Part shown: positions 18,363 through 26,886 of the stretch, piece by piece
Layout of the letters: the number at the start of each line of letters is the position of its first letter
How positions within the stretch are numbered: the stretch's first letter is position 1
Source: a virus
UHGV virus genome: UHGV-0209617
Strand: one strand, 5' to 3'
DNA: 64,000 nucleotides
Notes under the pieces: model-generated
Told to the model about the DNA's origin: nothing
Databases searched by the model: none
The model's input: the letters and a program-made list of their open reading frames with translations, nothing else
Translations under genes and position numbers: made by a program

Positions 18363-19544
18363 TTTGCCCTTTTGAACTTTGATGCGATGGGAACGTTGAT
18401 TATTTGCGTTTCTACAGTTACTGCAACAATATTTATTTCTACTATTGGATGTCTTTACTAAGAAATATTTATGGCAAGAAGGATTGGCACACTTTCTATA
18501 TATTTCAGATCCGGGTTTCATGTAGAAAATAGAAAAATATAATGCAGAAAGCAATGATGGTGCCTTCCACGACGGTTCCAGTGAATTGGGACTGTAGAAA
18601 GGTTTTATACTTCTGGTATTATGATTTATTTCCCCACTTAAAACGAGTCGTGCGATAAGAGTAGCAGCCTCTTTTAATGGACTGTTAAATTTGCTGAAAT
18701 CTGGACTACTATAGTATTCAATGCCGCCCTCGAAAGTTACAGCTTTTATTACACCAACAGAATGCATATAGTGAAACAGGAATTCAACCATTAGTCGGAG
18801 CTTCTTGGATTGAATATTGTTATTCTTGTAAGCAATAGTAACCTGGCGATACAGCGTATCATTAATTCCAGGATAATCGTATGTAAATGTTTCTCCGTTT
18901 GAAATATCATCATATTCATCAGCATTTAATTCATATGAAGGAGCATAAATCATGTCTTTTACGGTAATAGATTCTGTTTCAGAGGATTGCTGTAGTGAAT
19001 CGATAGAGGCTTGATTTCTGATGCTATCATGAAATGGATGCCGATAGGTTGAATAAGTAATTCGTGCAGTGCCATTAAGCGTAACTTGTGTCCCAAGAAG
19101 CAAATACAAAGTTAAATGTAGAATCTGTTCATAATCAAGTGATGGTTTTTCCACTGCGGCCATAAGGAGAACTGTAGCCTTTATTCGATTCAAGACTTCT
19201 ACAAGCGCTACTATATCAATTTCCGTTCCTTCGGGCGAAATAGGAAGTAGATAACCATGTTCCTCGAAAAAACCAAGGACCTTTTTTACATTGGTTGCCG
19301 GAAGCGATATCAGAGAACCGAGAACATTTTTATTTTGAAGTGAACCGTGTGGAGTCGTTAAACATAAACCTCGGCTTCCGCTAAAGGCATAATTTATAAT
19401 TTCATCATTCACGGGATAGACTGTTAATATTTTATGCGCCTGCCCGTCCGTCTTTAAGACTTCTTCTATTCTAAATGTACATTTTTTGCAACTCAAAGAA
19501 AAATAATCGTTGCTAAGATTGAAAAAATTGTCTAACTCAGTCAT
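18360..19544 (-). CDS. Protein with C-terminal CGNR-type zinc finger; N-terminal ~340 aa unassigned
   Basis: C-terminus CANPSCHKYFLVKTSNSRNKYCCSNCRNANNQRSHRIK fits the CGNR zinc-finger pattern (C-x2-C ... C-x2-C-R). Confidence 0.65.
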   Translation of the reverse strand: MTELDNFFNLSNDYFSLSCKKCTFRIEEVLKTDGQAHKILTVYPVNDEIINYAFSGSRGLCLTTPHGSLQNKNVLGSLISLPATNVKKVLGFFEEHGYLLPISPEGTEIDIVALVEVLNRIKATVLLMAAVEKPSLDYEQILHLTLYLLLGTQVTLNGTARITYSTYRHPFHDSIRNQASIDSLQQSSETESITVKDMIYAPSYELNADEYDDISNGETFTYDYPGINDTLYRQVTIAYKNNNIQSKKLRLMVEFLFHYMHSVGVIKAVTFEGGIEYYSSPDFSKFNSPLKEAATLIARLVLSGEINHNTRSIKPFYSPNSLEPSWKAPSLLSALYFSIFYMKPGSEIYRKCANPSCHKYFLVKTSNSRNKYCCSNCRNANNQRSHRIKVQKGK

Positions 19545-19978
19545 AAAAAACTACTCCATATTTCCTTGCCCCTCGTAGAAGGGTCTTTTTTTATGTCGAA
19601 AAGTAAGTGATTACATAAGTAATAATGTAATTATAACGCTTACTATTGCTTGTTTCAAGCTAGTATAGTAATGAAATACACAGAAAGTAAGTGATTATAT
19701 CAGAAATTTACTTACTATACTGAAATTCTTATACTTAAAGACAGTGAAGGACAACCAAACTTTATATACAGCGGAGGTGTTTTTCACATCCCTGTTTCAA
19801 TGTTCATCGCCTGATCAGCGATGCCCAGAGCGGAGAAACGGACACAAGTAAATATCAGTCAACCCACTGGGACGGTTGGCCAGCTAAGAAATGAGGATTT
19901 CATTCTTATGGCCAATTATTATGGGAAGTTCAGTGTGGGTCCTCATTTCGGTTTTCAGACCGAAGGAGGGTCTACACG

Positions 19979-20488
19979 ATGGACAAATTTGAAAATCTAC
20001 AGACAAGCAACGAGAAGCAGTATTACATTCCTTTGGAAGTAACCGCAGAAACTATCAGAGATTTTGGCATCAACCCTAAAGATGTGGTATGGACGAGAAT
20101 CGGGAACAAGCCTAAAAAGGTTGTTATGATTCCCGTAACCGAGGAGCAGTACAAAACATTTATGCGTCCTCTGTGGCGTGAGGACAAGCGTCAGCAAAGA
20201 CAGGAGCCGATGGCATCGCTGGATAAGATGTACGAAAAAACCGAGTACGAAGCGGCTGATACCGACTCTGACCTTGAAGCGAATATTATGAAGAAAATGC
20301 TGATTGATGAGCTTCACAAGGCACTGGATGAACTGGAAGAAATCGACCGCACCATTATGAAGATGTACAGCAATAACCATAGCGAAGCCGAAATCGGACA
20401 GACTATCGGTATGAGCCAGAAGGGTGTTAATAAACGTAAGCACAAGGTGCTGCTGAAACTTAACACCAGATTGAAAGACTTCAGATAA
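19979..20488 (+). CDS. Sigma-70 region-4-like HTH protein (putative phage transcription factor)
   Basis: C-terminal EIGQTIGMSQKGVNKRKHKVLLKL HTH; GAAGGAGGG SD. Confidence 0.65.
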   Translation: MDKFENLQTSNEKQYYIPLEVTAETIRDFGINPKDVVWTRIGNKPKKVVMIPVTEEQYKTFMRPLWREDKRQQRQEPMASLDKMYEKTEYEAADTDSDLEANIMKKMLIDELHKALDELEEIDRTIMKMYSNNHSEAEIGQTIGMSQKGVNKRKHKVLLKLNTRLKDFR

Positions 20489-20502
20489 GGGATAATACCC
20501 TG

Positions 20503-20541
20503 CCTGCTCTGCCACAGCATTATCCGGTGGAGCAGGTTTTT
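20503..20541 (+). terminator. Rho-independent terminator candidate
   Basis: CCTGCTC ... GAGCAGG stem then TTTTT, 15 nt after the stop. Confidence 0.5.
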
Positions 20542-20562
20542 ATATTGTTTTCAAAAAATAGT

Positions 20563-20629
20563 GGTTCTTAAAACAACCGTATATGTCCTTTCACTCTCAG
20601 AGGGGCAAACAAGGCACCTCGGAAAGGAC
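20563..20629 (+). promoter_or_regulatory. Conserved leader element copy 1 (GGTTCTTAAAAC ... GTCCTTTCACTCTCAGAGGGG ... GAAAGGAC)
   Basis: Same blocks recur at 25507-25571; TCCTTTC and GAAAGGA can pair as a stem. Confidence 0.45.
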
Positions 20630-20807
20630 GGTGTCAAACGATGACAACCAGATGTAGAACAGGCACGAGGGGCTGCGGCAGTCAGGAACTCGACCGAGAG
20701 TTATCTGATGCGCTTATCGCAATCAGTGTCGTGTCAAAAAGAATCGCTGACCGTATTACAGCAGTCAGCGGCAGAGAAAAAAAAGAATATGGAAGGAGGA
20801 AGCCTAA

Positions 20808-21170
20808 ATGGGAAAGATGAACGAGTTGTCTATGCTCACAGAGGAACTTCGCAAATGTGGTGAAACGCTTATCAGCATTTCAGAGGAATTGGCGGGTATG
20901 TTCAGCGGCTCTGCGGAAGAAAAGCAGCCTGTCAAAAAGAGTGCTGCTAAGAATAAAGCCGCCGAGGCGACGAAGCCAGAAGCGCCGAAGAAAAAGGCTC
21001 TCACGCTGGAAGATGTCCGTGCCGTGTGTGCAGACAAATCCCGCAGTGGTTTTACGGCAGAAGTCAAAGCAATCCTGAATAAGCACGGTGTGGAAAAGCT
21101 GTCGGAGGTTAATCCAGCAGAATATAAGGCACTGCTTGCTGAAGTGGAGGTGCTGGGAAATGCCGGATAA
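20808..21170 (+). CDS. Hypothetical phage protein (120 aa, lysine- and alanine-rich middle)
   Basis: ORF with GAAGGAGG SD. Confidence 0.55.
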   Translation: MGKMNELSMLTEELRKCGETLISISEELAGMFSGSAEEKQPVKKSAAKNKAAEATKPEAPKKKALTLEDVRAVCADKSRSGFTAEVKAILNKHGVEKLSEVNPAEYKALLAEVEVLGNAG

Positions 21171-22332
21171 ACAGAAGGTGAATTGCACCGCAGGTGCAAG
21201 AGAGGCTGGCCTGGGCCACGCAGTTTTATCAGCATCATCCAGTCACCGCTGGCTTGCCTGCCCTCCTTCGGCTTTGCTTTGTGCGAAAGTCGGAGATACC
21301 ATAAGCGAGTTTGCTATGCAGGGTACCGATGCCCACAGCCTTTGCGAACATAAGGTGAAAACAGCATTGGGGCAGCAGTCGAAAGACCCTACAGAGAATT
21401 TAACGTTCTTTGACGAGGAGATGGCAGACTGTTCCGATATGTATGCTCAGTATGTGATGGAGCAGCTTGGGGCGGCAAAGGAAAAGTGCAAAGACCCAAT
21501 CGTTCTGATTGAACAGCGTCTTGATTTTTCCAAGTGGGTACCGCAGGGGTTCGGCACCGGGGACTGTGTCATTGTAGCTGATGAAACGCTGACAATCATT
21601 GACATGAAATACGGAGTCGGGATTCTTGTTTACGCAGAGAAAAATCCGCAAATGATGTGTTACGCATTGGGAGCTTTGGCGCTGTTTGATGGGATTTACG
21701 ATATAACACAGGTATCAATGACAATCTTCCAGCCGCGAAGAGACAATGTCAGCACATACACCATTTCTAAAGTAGAACTTCTGAAATGGGCGGATGAGGT
21801 GCTTGCTCCGACCGCACAGCTTGCAGCCAAGGGAGAAGGAGAATACAAGGCCGGAGACCACTGCCAGTTCTGCAAGGTCAAAGCCAAGTGTCGCAAAAGA
21901 GCCGAATACAACCTGGAACTTGCCCGTTATGATTTTGAAATGCCTTCCACCCTTGAAGACGATGAGATTGAGGCCATTTTAGAAAAAGCAGACGCGCTGG
22001 TATCCTGGGCGGGCGATGTCAAGGAATATGCATTGCAGCAGGCAGTCAGCGGCAAGCAGTGGAAAGACTGGAAGATTGTCGAAGGACGCTCCAACAGGAA
22101 GTATGTAAATGAAACAGCCGTGGCAGATACGGTCAAGGATGCAGGTTATGACCCGTTTGAACATAAGGTTCTGGGGATTACCGCAATGACCAAACTACTC
22201 GGCAAGGCAAAATTTGAAGAATTGCTCTCCGGGTTTATTGAAAAAACACAGGGCAAGCCAACATTGGTACCTATGTCGGACAAACGTCCGGCAATGAATA
22301 CAGCAGCTAACGATTTTAAGGAGGACAACTAA
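21160..22332 (+). CDS. DUF2800-type PD-(D/E)xK nuclease (Cas4/RecB-like, with Cys cluster)
   Basis: SASSSHRWLACP N-terminal motif, IIDMKYG, C-terminal CQFCKVKAKC cysteine cluster. Confidence 0.75.
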   Translation: MPDKQKVNCTAGAREAGLGHAVLSASSSHRWLACPPSALLCAKVGDTISEFAMQGTDAHSLCEHKVKTALGQQSKDPTENLTFFDEEMADCSDMYAQYVMEQLGAAKEKCKDPIVLIEQRLDFSKWVPQGFGTGDCVIVADETLTIIDMKYGVGILVYAEKNPQMMCYALGALALFDGIYDITQVSMTIFQPRRDNVSTYTISKVELLKWADEVLAPTAQLAAKGEGEYKAGDHCQFCKVKAKCRKRAEYNLELARYDFEMPSTLEDDEIEAILEKADALVSWAGDVKEYALQQAVSGKQWKDWKIVEGRSNRKYVNETAVADTVKDAGYDPFEHKVLGITAMTKLLGKAKFEELLSGFIEKTQGKPTLVPMSDKRPAMNTAANDFKEDN

Positions 22333-22333
22333 T

Positions 22334-22900
22334 ATGTCAAAGAATTACACAAATCCTACCAAGGTAATCACAGGAGTCAATACTCGTTGGTCTTACGCAA
22401 ATGTGTGGGATCCGAAATCCATCAACGGCGGTGCACCGAAGTACAGCGTGAGCCTTATCATTCCGAAGTCTGATACCGCAACGGTAAACAAGATAAAGGC
22501 AGCTATCCAGTCTGCTTATGAAGAGGGCGAATCCAAGCTGAAGGGCAATGGCAAGAGTGTACCTGCTCTTTCCATTATTAAGACCCCTCTTCGTGATGGT
22601 GATTTGGAGCGTCCGGATGATGTAGCGTATGCAGGCTGTTACTTCGTCAATGCCAACTCTGCAACTGCTCCCGGTATTGTTGACGCAGAACGTCAGCCGA
22701 TTCTTGACCGCAGTGAGGTATACAGCGGTGTGTATGGCCGTGCATCCATCAACTTCTATGCCTTCAATTCCAATGGGAATAAGGGTATCGCCTGCGGTCT
22801 TAATAACCTGCAGAAGATCCGTGATGGTGAGCCTCTTGGTGGAAAGAGCCGTGCCGAGGACGATTTTGCTACCGATGCAGATGAAGATTTTCTCGCATAA
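22334..22900 (+). CDS. DUF2815-type phage protein (SSB-like, usually partnered with DUF2800 and DNA polymerase)
   Basis: Size, position and sequence character fit my recollection of this family; AAGGAGGA SD. Confidence 0.6.
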   Translation: MSKNYTNPTKVITGVNTRWSYANVWDPKSINGGAPKYSVSLIIPKSDTATVNKIKAAIQSAYEEGESKLKGNGKSVPALSIIKTPLRDGDLERPDDVAYAGCYFVNANSATAPGIVDAERQPILDRSEVYSGVYGRASINFYAFNSNGNKGIACGLNNLQKIRDGEPLGGKSRAEDDFATDADEDFLA

Positions 22901-23127
22901 GGAGGACGGCTTATTATGACAACCATTCAGAGTATGATGCTGTGTGTTTCGGTGCCGTGATGGGAACTTTCATTGCAGATGTGGGGTTTCTCATCAAGTG
23001 TGTCATTGACAAGCACAAGGAGAAAAAGAGTAAGAAAAAAGAAGAGTCTGCTGATAAGGCAGAGTAAATGACAGCGGGCGGCGTAGGTGTATTCTTCGCC
23101 GCCTTGCTTATATGAAGGAGTGACAAT

Positions 23128-25119
23128 ATGGGAAAAATACAAACATTGTCCTTGGACTTGGAGACTTATTCTGATGTGGATTTGCAGAAGTGCGGGGTCT
23201 ATAAATATGCCCAGTCTCCTAATTTTGAAATTCTGCTATTTGGTGTATCCGTAAATGGCGGTGCGGTTGTGGTCTATGACCTGGCACAGGGCGATACCGT
23301 GCCGATTGAAATTATCAAAGCACTGACCGATGAAACCGTAACCAAATGGGCATATAATGCGGCTTTCGAGAGAATCTGTTTGTCAGTGTGGCTGCAGAGA
23401 AACTACCCGGAATATTTTTGCAGTTACAGCATCAATGAGGATACTGTCGGGGATTATCTGGATCCTTCTGCCTGGAAATGCTCCATGATATGGGCGGCAT
23501 ACATGGGACTGCCGTTATCCCTTGCGGGAGCCGGCACGGTGTTGGGATTGGAGGAACAGAAACTCAAGGAGGGCAAAGACCTTATAAGGTATTTCTGTGT
23601 TCCCTGCAAGCCGACCAAAGTGAACGGCGGCAGGACACGCAATCTGCCGGAGCATGATATGGAGAAATGGAATACCTTCGTTTTATATAACAAGCGAGAT
23701 GTGGAAGTGGAGACGTCCATACAGGACAAACTAAAAAAATTCCCTGTGCCGGATTTTGTGTGGGATGAGTACCACCTCGACCAGGAAATCAACGACCGTG
23801 GGATTGCTCTTGATATGGCGGTAGTGGAGAATGCCATTGCTTTTGATGCAAAATCCAAGGCGGAACTGGCAGAGAAAATGCAGGAACTGACTGACCTTGA
23901 TAACCCAAACTCCGTGGTACAGATGAAGCAGTGGCTATTGGATAACGGTTTGGAGATGGACAGCCTTGGAAAAAAGAAAGTAGCACAGGCGATAAAAACT
24001 GCTCCGAAGGAACTGGCGGAGGTTCTGCAGCTGCGACAACAATTATCCAAGTCCTCCGTAAAAAAGTATCAGGCAATGCAGAATGCTGTCTGTGAGGATG
24101 GCAGAGCCAGAGGGATGTTTCAGTTTTACGGGGCAAACAGAAGCGGCAGATGGGCAGGCAGAATGATACAGCTGCAAAATCTGCCTCAGAACCATATGCC
24201 GGATTTGGAACAGGCACGAGGACTGGTGAAGTCTGGTAATTACGCAGCGATGGAACTCTTATATGATGATATCCCCGATACTCTATCGCAGCTTATCCGC
24301 ACTGCCTTTGTGCCGAGACCGGGTATGAAATTTGTCGTGGCGGACTTCTCGGCAATTGAAGCAAGGGTGCTGTCGCATCTTGCAAAAGAAAACTGGCGAA
24401 CAGAAGTCTTTGCAAATAACAGGGATATTTATTGTGCATCGGCATCAGCCATGTTCGGTGTTCCTGTGGAAAAACATGGTGTCAACGGAAACCTCCGTCA
24501 AAAGGGCAAAATTGCTGAATTGGCTCTGGGCTACGGCGGTTCAGTCGGTGCTTTGAAAGCAATGGGTGCCATTGATATGGGACTTTCCGAAGAGGAATTA
24601 CAGCCACTGGTGGATTCTTGGAGAGCCGCCAACCCTAACATTGTGAAGTTCTGGTGGGAGGTTGACCGATGTGTCAAGGAAACTGTGAAAAAGAGAGTGC
24701 CGACCGAAACGCATGGCATCCGTTTTATCTATCAGAGCGGGATGCTTTTTATCAAGCTCCCTTCCGGCAGACAGCTTTCCTATGTGAAGCCTCGCATGGG
24801 AGAAAACCGTTTTGGCGGTGAGTCCGTAACCTATGAAGGTGTCGGAGGTACAAAGAAATGGGAACGCATCGAAAGTTATGGTCCAAAGTTTGTGGAAAAT
24901 ATCGTGCAGGCAATCAGCAGGGACATTTTGGCGCATTCCATGAGAACCTTGTCGCACTGCTTTATCTGCGGTCATGTGCATGATGAATTGATTATTGAGT
25001 GTAGTATGGGAGTTTCCCTTGATGCCGTGTGTGAACAGATGGGCAGGACTCCGGCCTGGATACCGGGTCTGCTTCTCCGTGCAGATGGGTACGAATGCAG
25101 CTTCTATAAAAAAGATTAA
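23128..25119 (+). CDS. Family A DNA polymerase (phage type, with 3'-5' exonuclease domain)
   Basis: LSLDLETYS (exo I), DFSAIEARV (motif A), RQKGKIAELALGYGG (motif B), VHDELIIE (motif C). Confidence 0.9.
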   Translation: MGKIQTLSLDLETYSDVDLQKCGVYKYAQSPNFEILLFGVSVNGGAVVVYDLAQGDTVPIEIIKALTDETVTKWAYNAAFERICLSVWLQRNYPEYFCSYSINEDTVGDYLDPSAWKCSMIWAAYMGLPLSLAGAGTVLGLEEQKLKEGKDLIRYFCVPCKPTKVNGGRTRNLPEHDMEKWNTFVLYNKRDVEVETSIQDKLKKFPVPDFVWDEYHLDQEINDRGIALDMAVVENAIAFDAKSKAELAEKMQELTDLDNPNSVVQMKQWLLDNGLEMDSLGKKKVAQAIKTAPKELAEVLQLRQQLSKSSVKKYQAMQNAVCEDGRARGMFQFYGANRSGRWAGRMIQLQNLPQNHMPDLEQARGLVKSGNYAAMELLYDDIPDTLSQLIRTAFVPRPGMKFVVADFSAIEARVLSHLAKENWRTEVFANNRDIYCASASAMFGVPVEKHGVNGNLRQKGKIAELALGYGGSVGALKAMGAIDMGLSEEELQPLVDSWRAANPNIVKFWWEVDRCVKETVKKRVPTETHGIRFIYQSGMLFIKLPSGRQLSYVKPRMGENRFGGESVTYEGVGGTKKWERIESYGPKFVENIVQAISRDILAHSMRTLSHCFICGHVHDELIIECSMGVSLDAVCEQMGRTPAWIPGLLLRADGYECSFYKKD

Positions 25120-25131
25120 AGCATAAAAAAT

Positions 25132-25157
25132 GGAGAGACGAAATAAATCGTCTCTCC
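25132..25157. terminator. Perfect 9-bp hairpin GGAGAGACG-AAATAAAT-CGTCTCTCC with an A-run on its 5' side
   Basis: Read directly; no T-run on the plus strand, so it is oriented to stop leftward transcription or to act as a structured site. Confidence 0.4.
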
Positions 25158-25506
25158 TGAAAGTCCAATCGGTTTGAGCATCTGTGAGAGGCTTGATTGG
25201 TTCTGTCAAATCCCAAAATGCAAGGAGAGCCGGATTTCTCTGACTCTCTCAAGTATGTATCCTTGAATACATACCCCAATTAGTGTCCATATTATACAGC
25301 TTCCGTTCGAAATATGCAAGACCTAAATGAAATTTTTCAAGGCAGACATTCGTGCTGATAAATCCGGATGAATGACGATTGCTGCTACTGCGGGATTGAC
25401 GGATATTTTATAGTCATCTGTGATTTTCTCAAATTCTCGAATGAAGGCCTTTATTTCGGTTTTGGCATATGTAGCAATTTTAAGAGCAAAAAAAGATTAA
25501 AAATAC

Positions 25507-25571
25507 GGTTCTTAAAACGCAGGGTTTTGTCCTTTCACTATCAGAGGGCAAGACCCTACTTTTATGAAAGG
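25507..25571 (+). promoter_or_regulatory. Conserved leader element copy 2; 3' arm overlaps the SD of the Rha gene
   Basis: GGTTCTTAAAAC ... GTCCTTTCACTATCAGAGGG ... GAAAGG; CCTTTCA can pair with TGAAAGG, which includes the SD. Confidence 0.45.
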
Positions 25572-25581
25572 CGGTATTTTT

Positions 25582-26247
25582 ATGAAAGAATTGATACCCA
25601 AAGACGAATACGGCATCTTTGCCGATGCACATGACACCGCAAGAGTAGACAGCTTGTTTGTAGCGGAGTTTTTTGAGAAGAACCATAAAGAGGTGCTGCG
25701 AGATATCCGCAAAATCACTGACCCCACATCCGGGTTAAGTGAAGAATTCCGACAGCGCAATTTTGCGCCGTCCTCATACACCAACAACCAGAATAAAAAG
25801 CAGCCGTGCTACTGCATGACTCGTGATGGATTCACAATGTTGGCAATGGGATATACCGGGCAAAAGGCAATGAAGTTCAAAGAACTGTACATTCACAGAT
25901 TTAATGAGATGGATGCTTTTATTAAGAACCTGGTATCTGCAAGACAGGAGTTTCCTCTTCTGACTGAAAATATCAAACTGCTCCATGACAAGCCGAAGCC
26001 TTACCACTTCAGCAATGAGTGCGATATGTTAAACCGCATCGTGCTTGGTATGACGGCAAAGCAGTTCAGACTTGCCAATAACATCGAAAAAGGCAAAAGT
26101 ATCAGACCGTATCTGACCAAAGAACAAATTGAGATGCTGGAAATCCTGCAGAAAGTTGATGTGGGTCTGCTCGTAGCATTCCCTGCTTACGAAGACAGAA
26201 AACGCCATCTTGAATGGTACAAAACCAAATTAGAGGAGGACAAATAA
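25582..26247 (+). CDS. Rha family phage regulatory protein
   Basis: DTARVDSLFVAEFFEKNHKEVLRDIRKI matches the Rha N-terminal domain. Confidence 0.8.
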   Translation: MKELIPKDEYGIFADAHDTARVDSLFVAEFFEKNHKEVLRDIRKITDPTSGLSEEFRQRNFAPSSYTNNQNKKQPCYCMTRDGFTMLAMGYTGQKAMKFKELYIHRFNEMDAFIKNLVSARQEFPLLTENIKLLHDKPKPYHFSNECDMLNRIVLGMTAKQFRLANNIEKGKSIRPYLTKEQIEMLEILQKVDVGLLVAFPAYEDRKRHLEWYKTKLEEDK

Positions 26248-26249
26248 AG

Positions 26250-26474
26250 ATGTTTTATGTGAAAGAACAGCTGAATGATGCGATGGAGGTTTCCATTGAA
26301 ATTAACGATGAGAATGTATTCTGCCGCTGCCCGTCCTGCGGGTCTGAGGTACAGGTTGACCTGGCAAAGGTATTTTCCGATGGTGACGGTGATCTGTTTG
26401 GCACATCGGTACTTTGCGACAGCTGCAGCAGAAAAATGATGGGAGGAAAGCCTTGTGGGAGTGAACAGGTATAA
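26250..26474 (+). CDS. Small zinc-ribbon protein
   Basis: CRCPSCG...CDSC four-cysteine ribbon; GAGGAGGA SD. Confidence 0.55.
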   Translation: MFYVKEQLNDAMEVSIEINDENVFCRCPSCGSEVQVDLAKVFSDGDGDLFGTSVLCDSCSRKMMGGKPCGSEQV

Positions 26475-26886
26475 CAGCGAGGGTTATCCTGCTCCGACCA
26501 CCTATGTGGCACTCACTTCCATCGAAAAAGAAACGAAAGCGGCAAGAGCGTACAGACCGATTGTGTATGTATGCTCTCCGTTTTCCGGAGATATTGCCGG
26601 GAACATTGCAAATGCACGAAAGTACAGTCGATTTGCTGTAGAGCAGGGGTATATCCCCATTGCTCCGCATTTGCTGTTTCCGCAGTTTCTTAATGATAAC
26701 GATTTAAGGTCACGTGAGCTGGGGCTTCATTTTGGAAATGTGCTGATGAGCCATTGCAGCGAGGTTTGGGTGTTCGGAGAAATTGTATCAGCCGGAATGG
26801 ATGCTGAAATCAGGAGAGCCAAAAGAAAAAATTACAGGCTGCGCTACTTTGGCAGTGATTTGAAGGAGGTTACAGAAAATGCGTGA
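26455..26886 (+). CDS. DUF4406-like (nucleoside 2-deoxyribosyltransferase-like) phage protein, GTG start
   Basis: RPIVYVCSPFSGD...GYIPIAPHLLF...CSEVWVFGE pattern; family name recalled with moderate certainty. Confidence 0.5.
   Translation: MGVNRYNSEGYPAPTTYVALTSIEKETKAARAYRPIVYVCSPFSGDIAGNIANARKYSRFAVEQGYIPIAPHLLFPQFLNDNDLRSRELGLHFGNVLMSHCSEVWVFGEIVSAGMDAEIRRAKRKNYRLRYFGSDLKEVTENA

Noticed and set aside
19821-20042. 73-aa ORF at the prophage left end
   Set aside because: Overlaps the SD and start of the sigma-like gene and lies in the repeat-rich att-like region; no SD of its own
23454-25279. Several long minus-strand ORFs (23454-24050, 23789-24217, 24598-25209, 24992-25279)
   Set aside because: All are antisense to the family A DNA polymerase gene, which has clear catalytic motifs; they lack ribosome-binding sites and have low-complexity composition
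25160-25560. Short ORFs in the polymerase-Rha intergenic region (25368-25634, 25480-25686, 25512-25787) and a start-less 57-codon minus-strand frame
   Set aside because: No start codon plus SD combination, mutual overlap, and the region contains the conserved leader element and hairpins; treated as regulatory DNA
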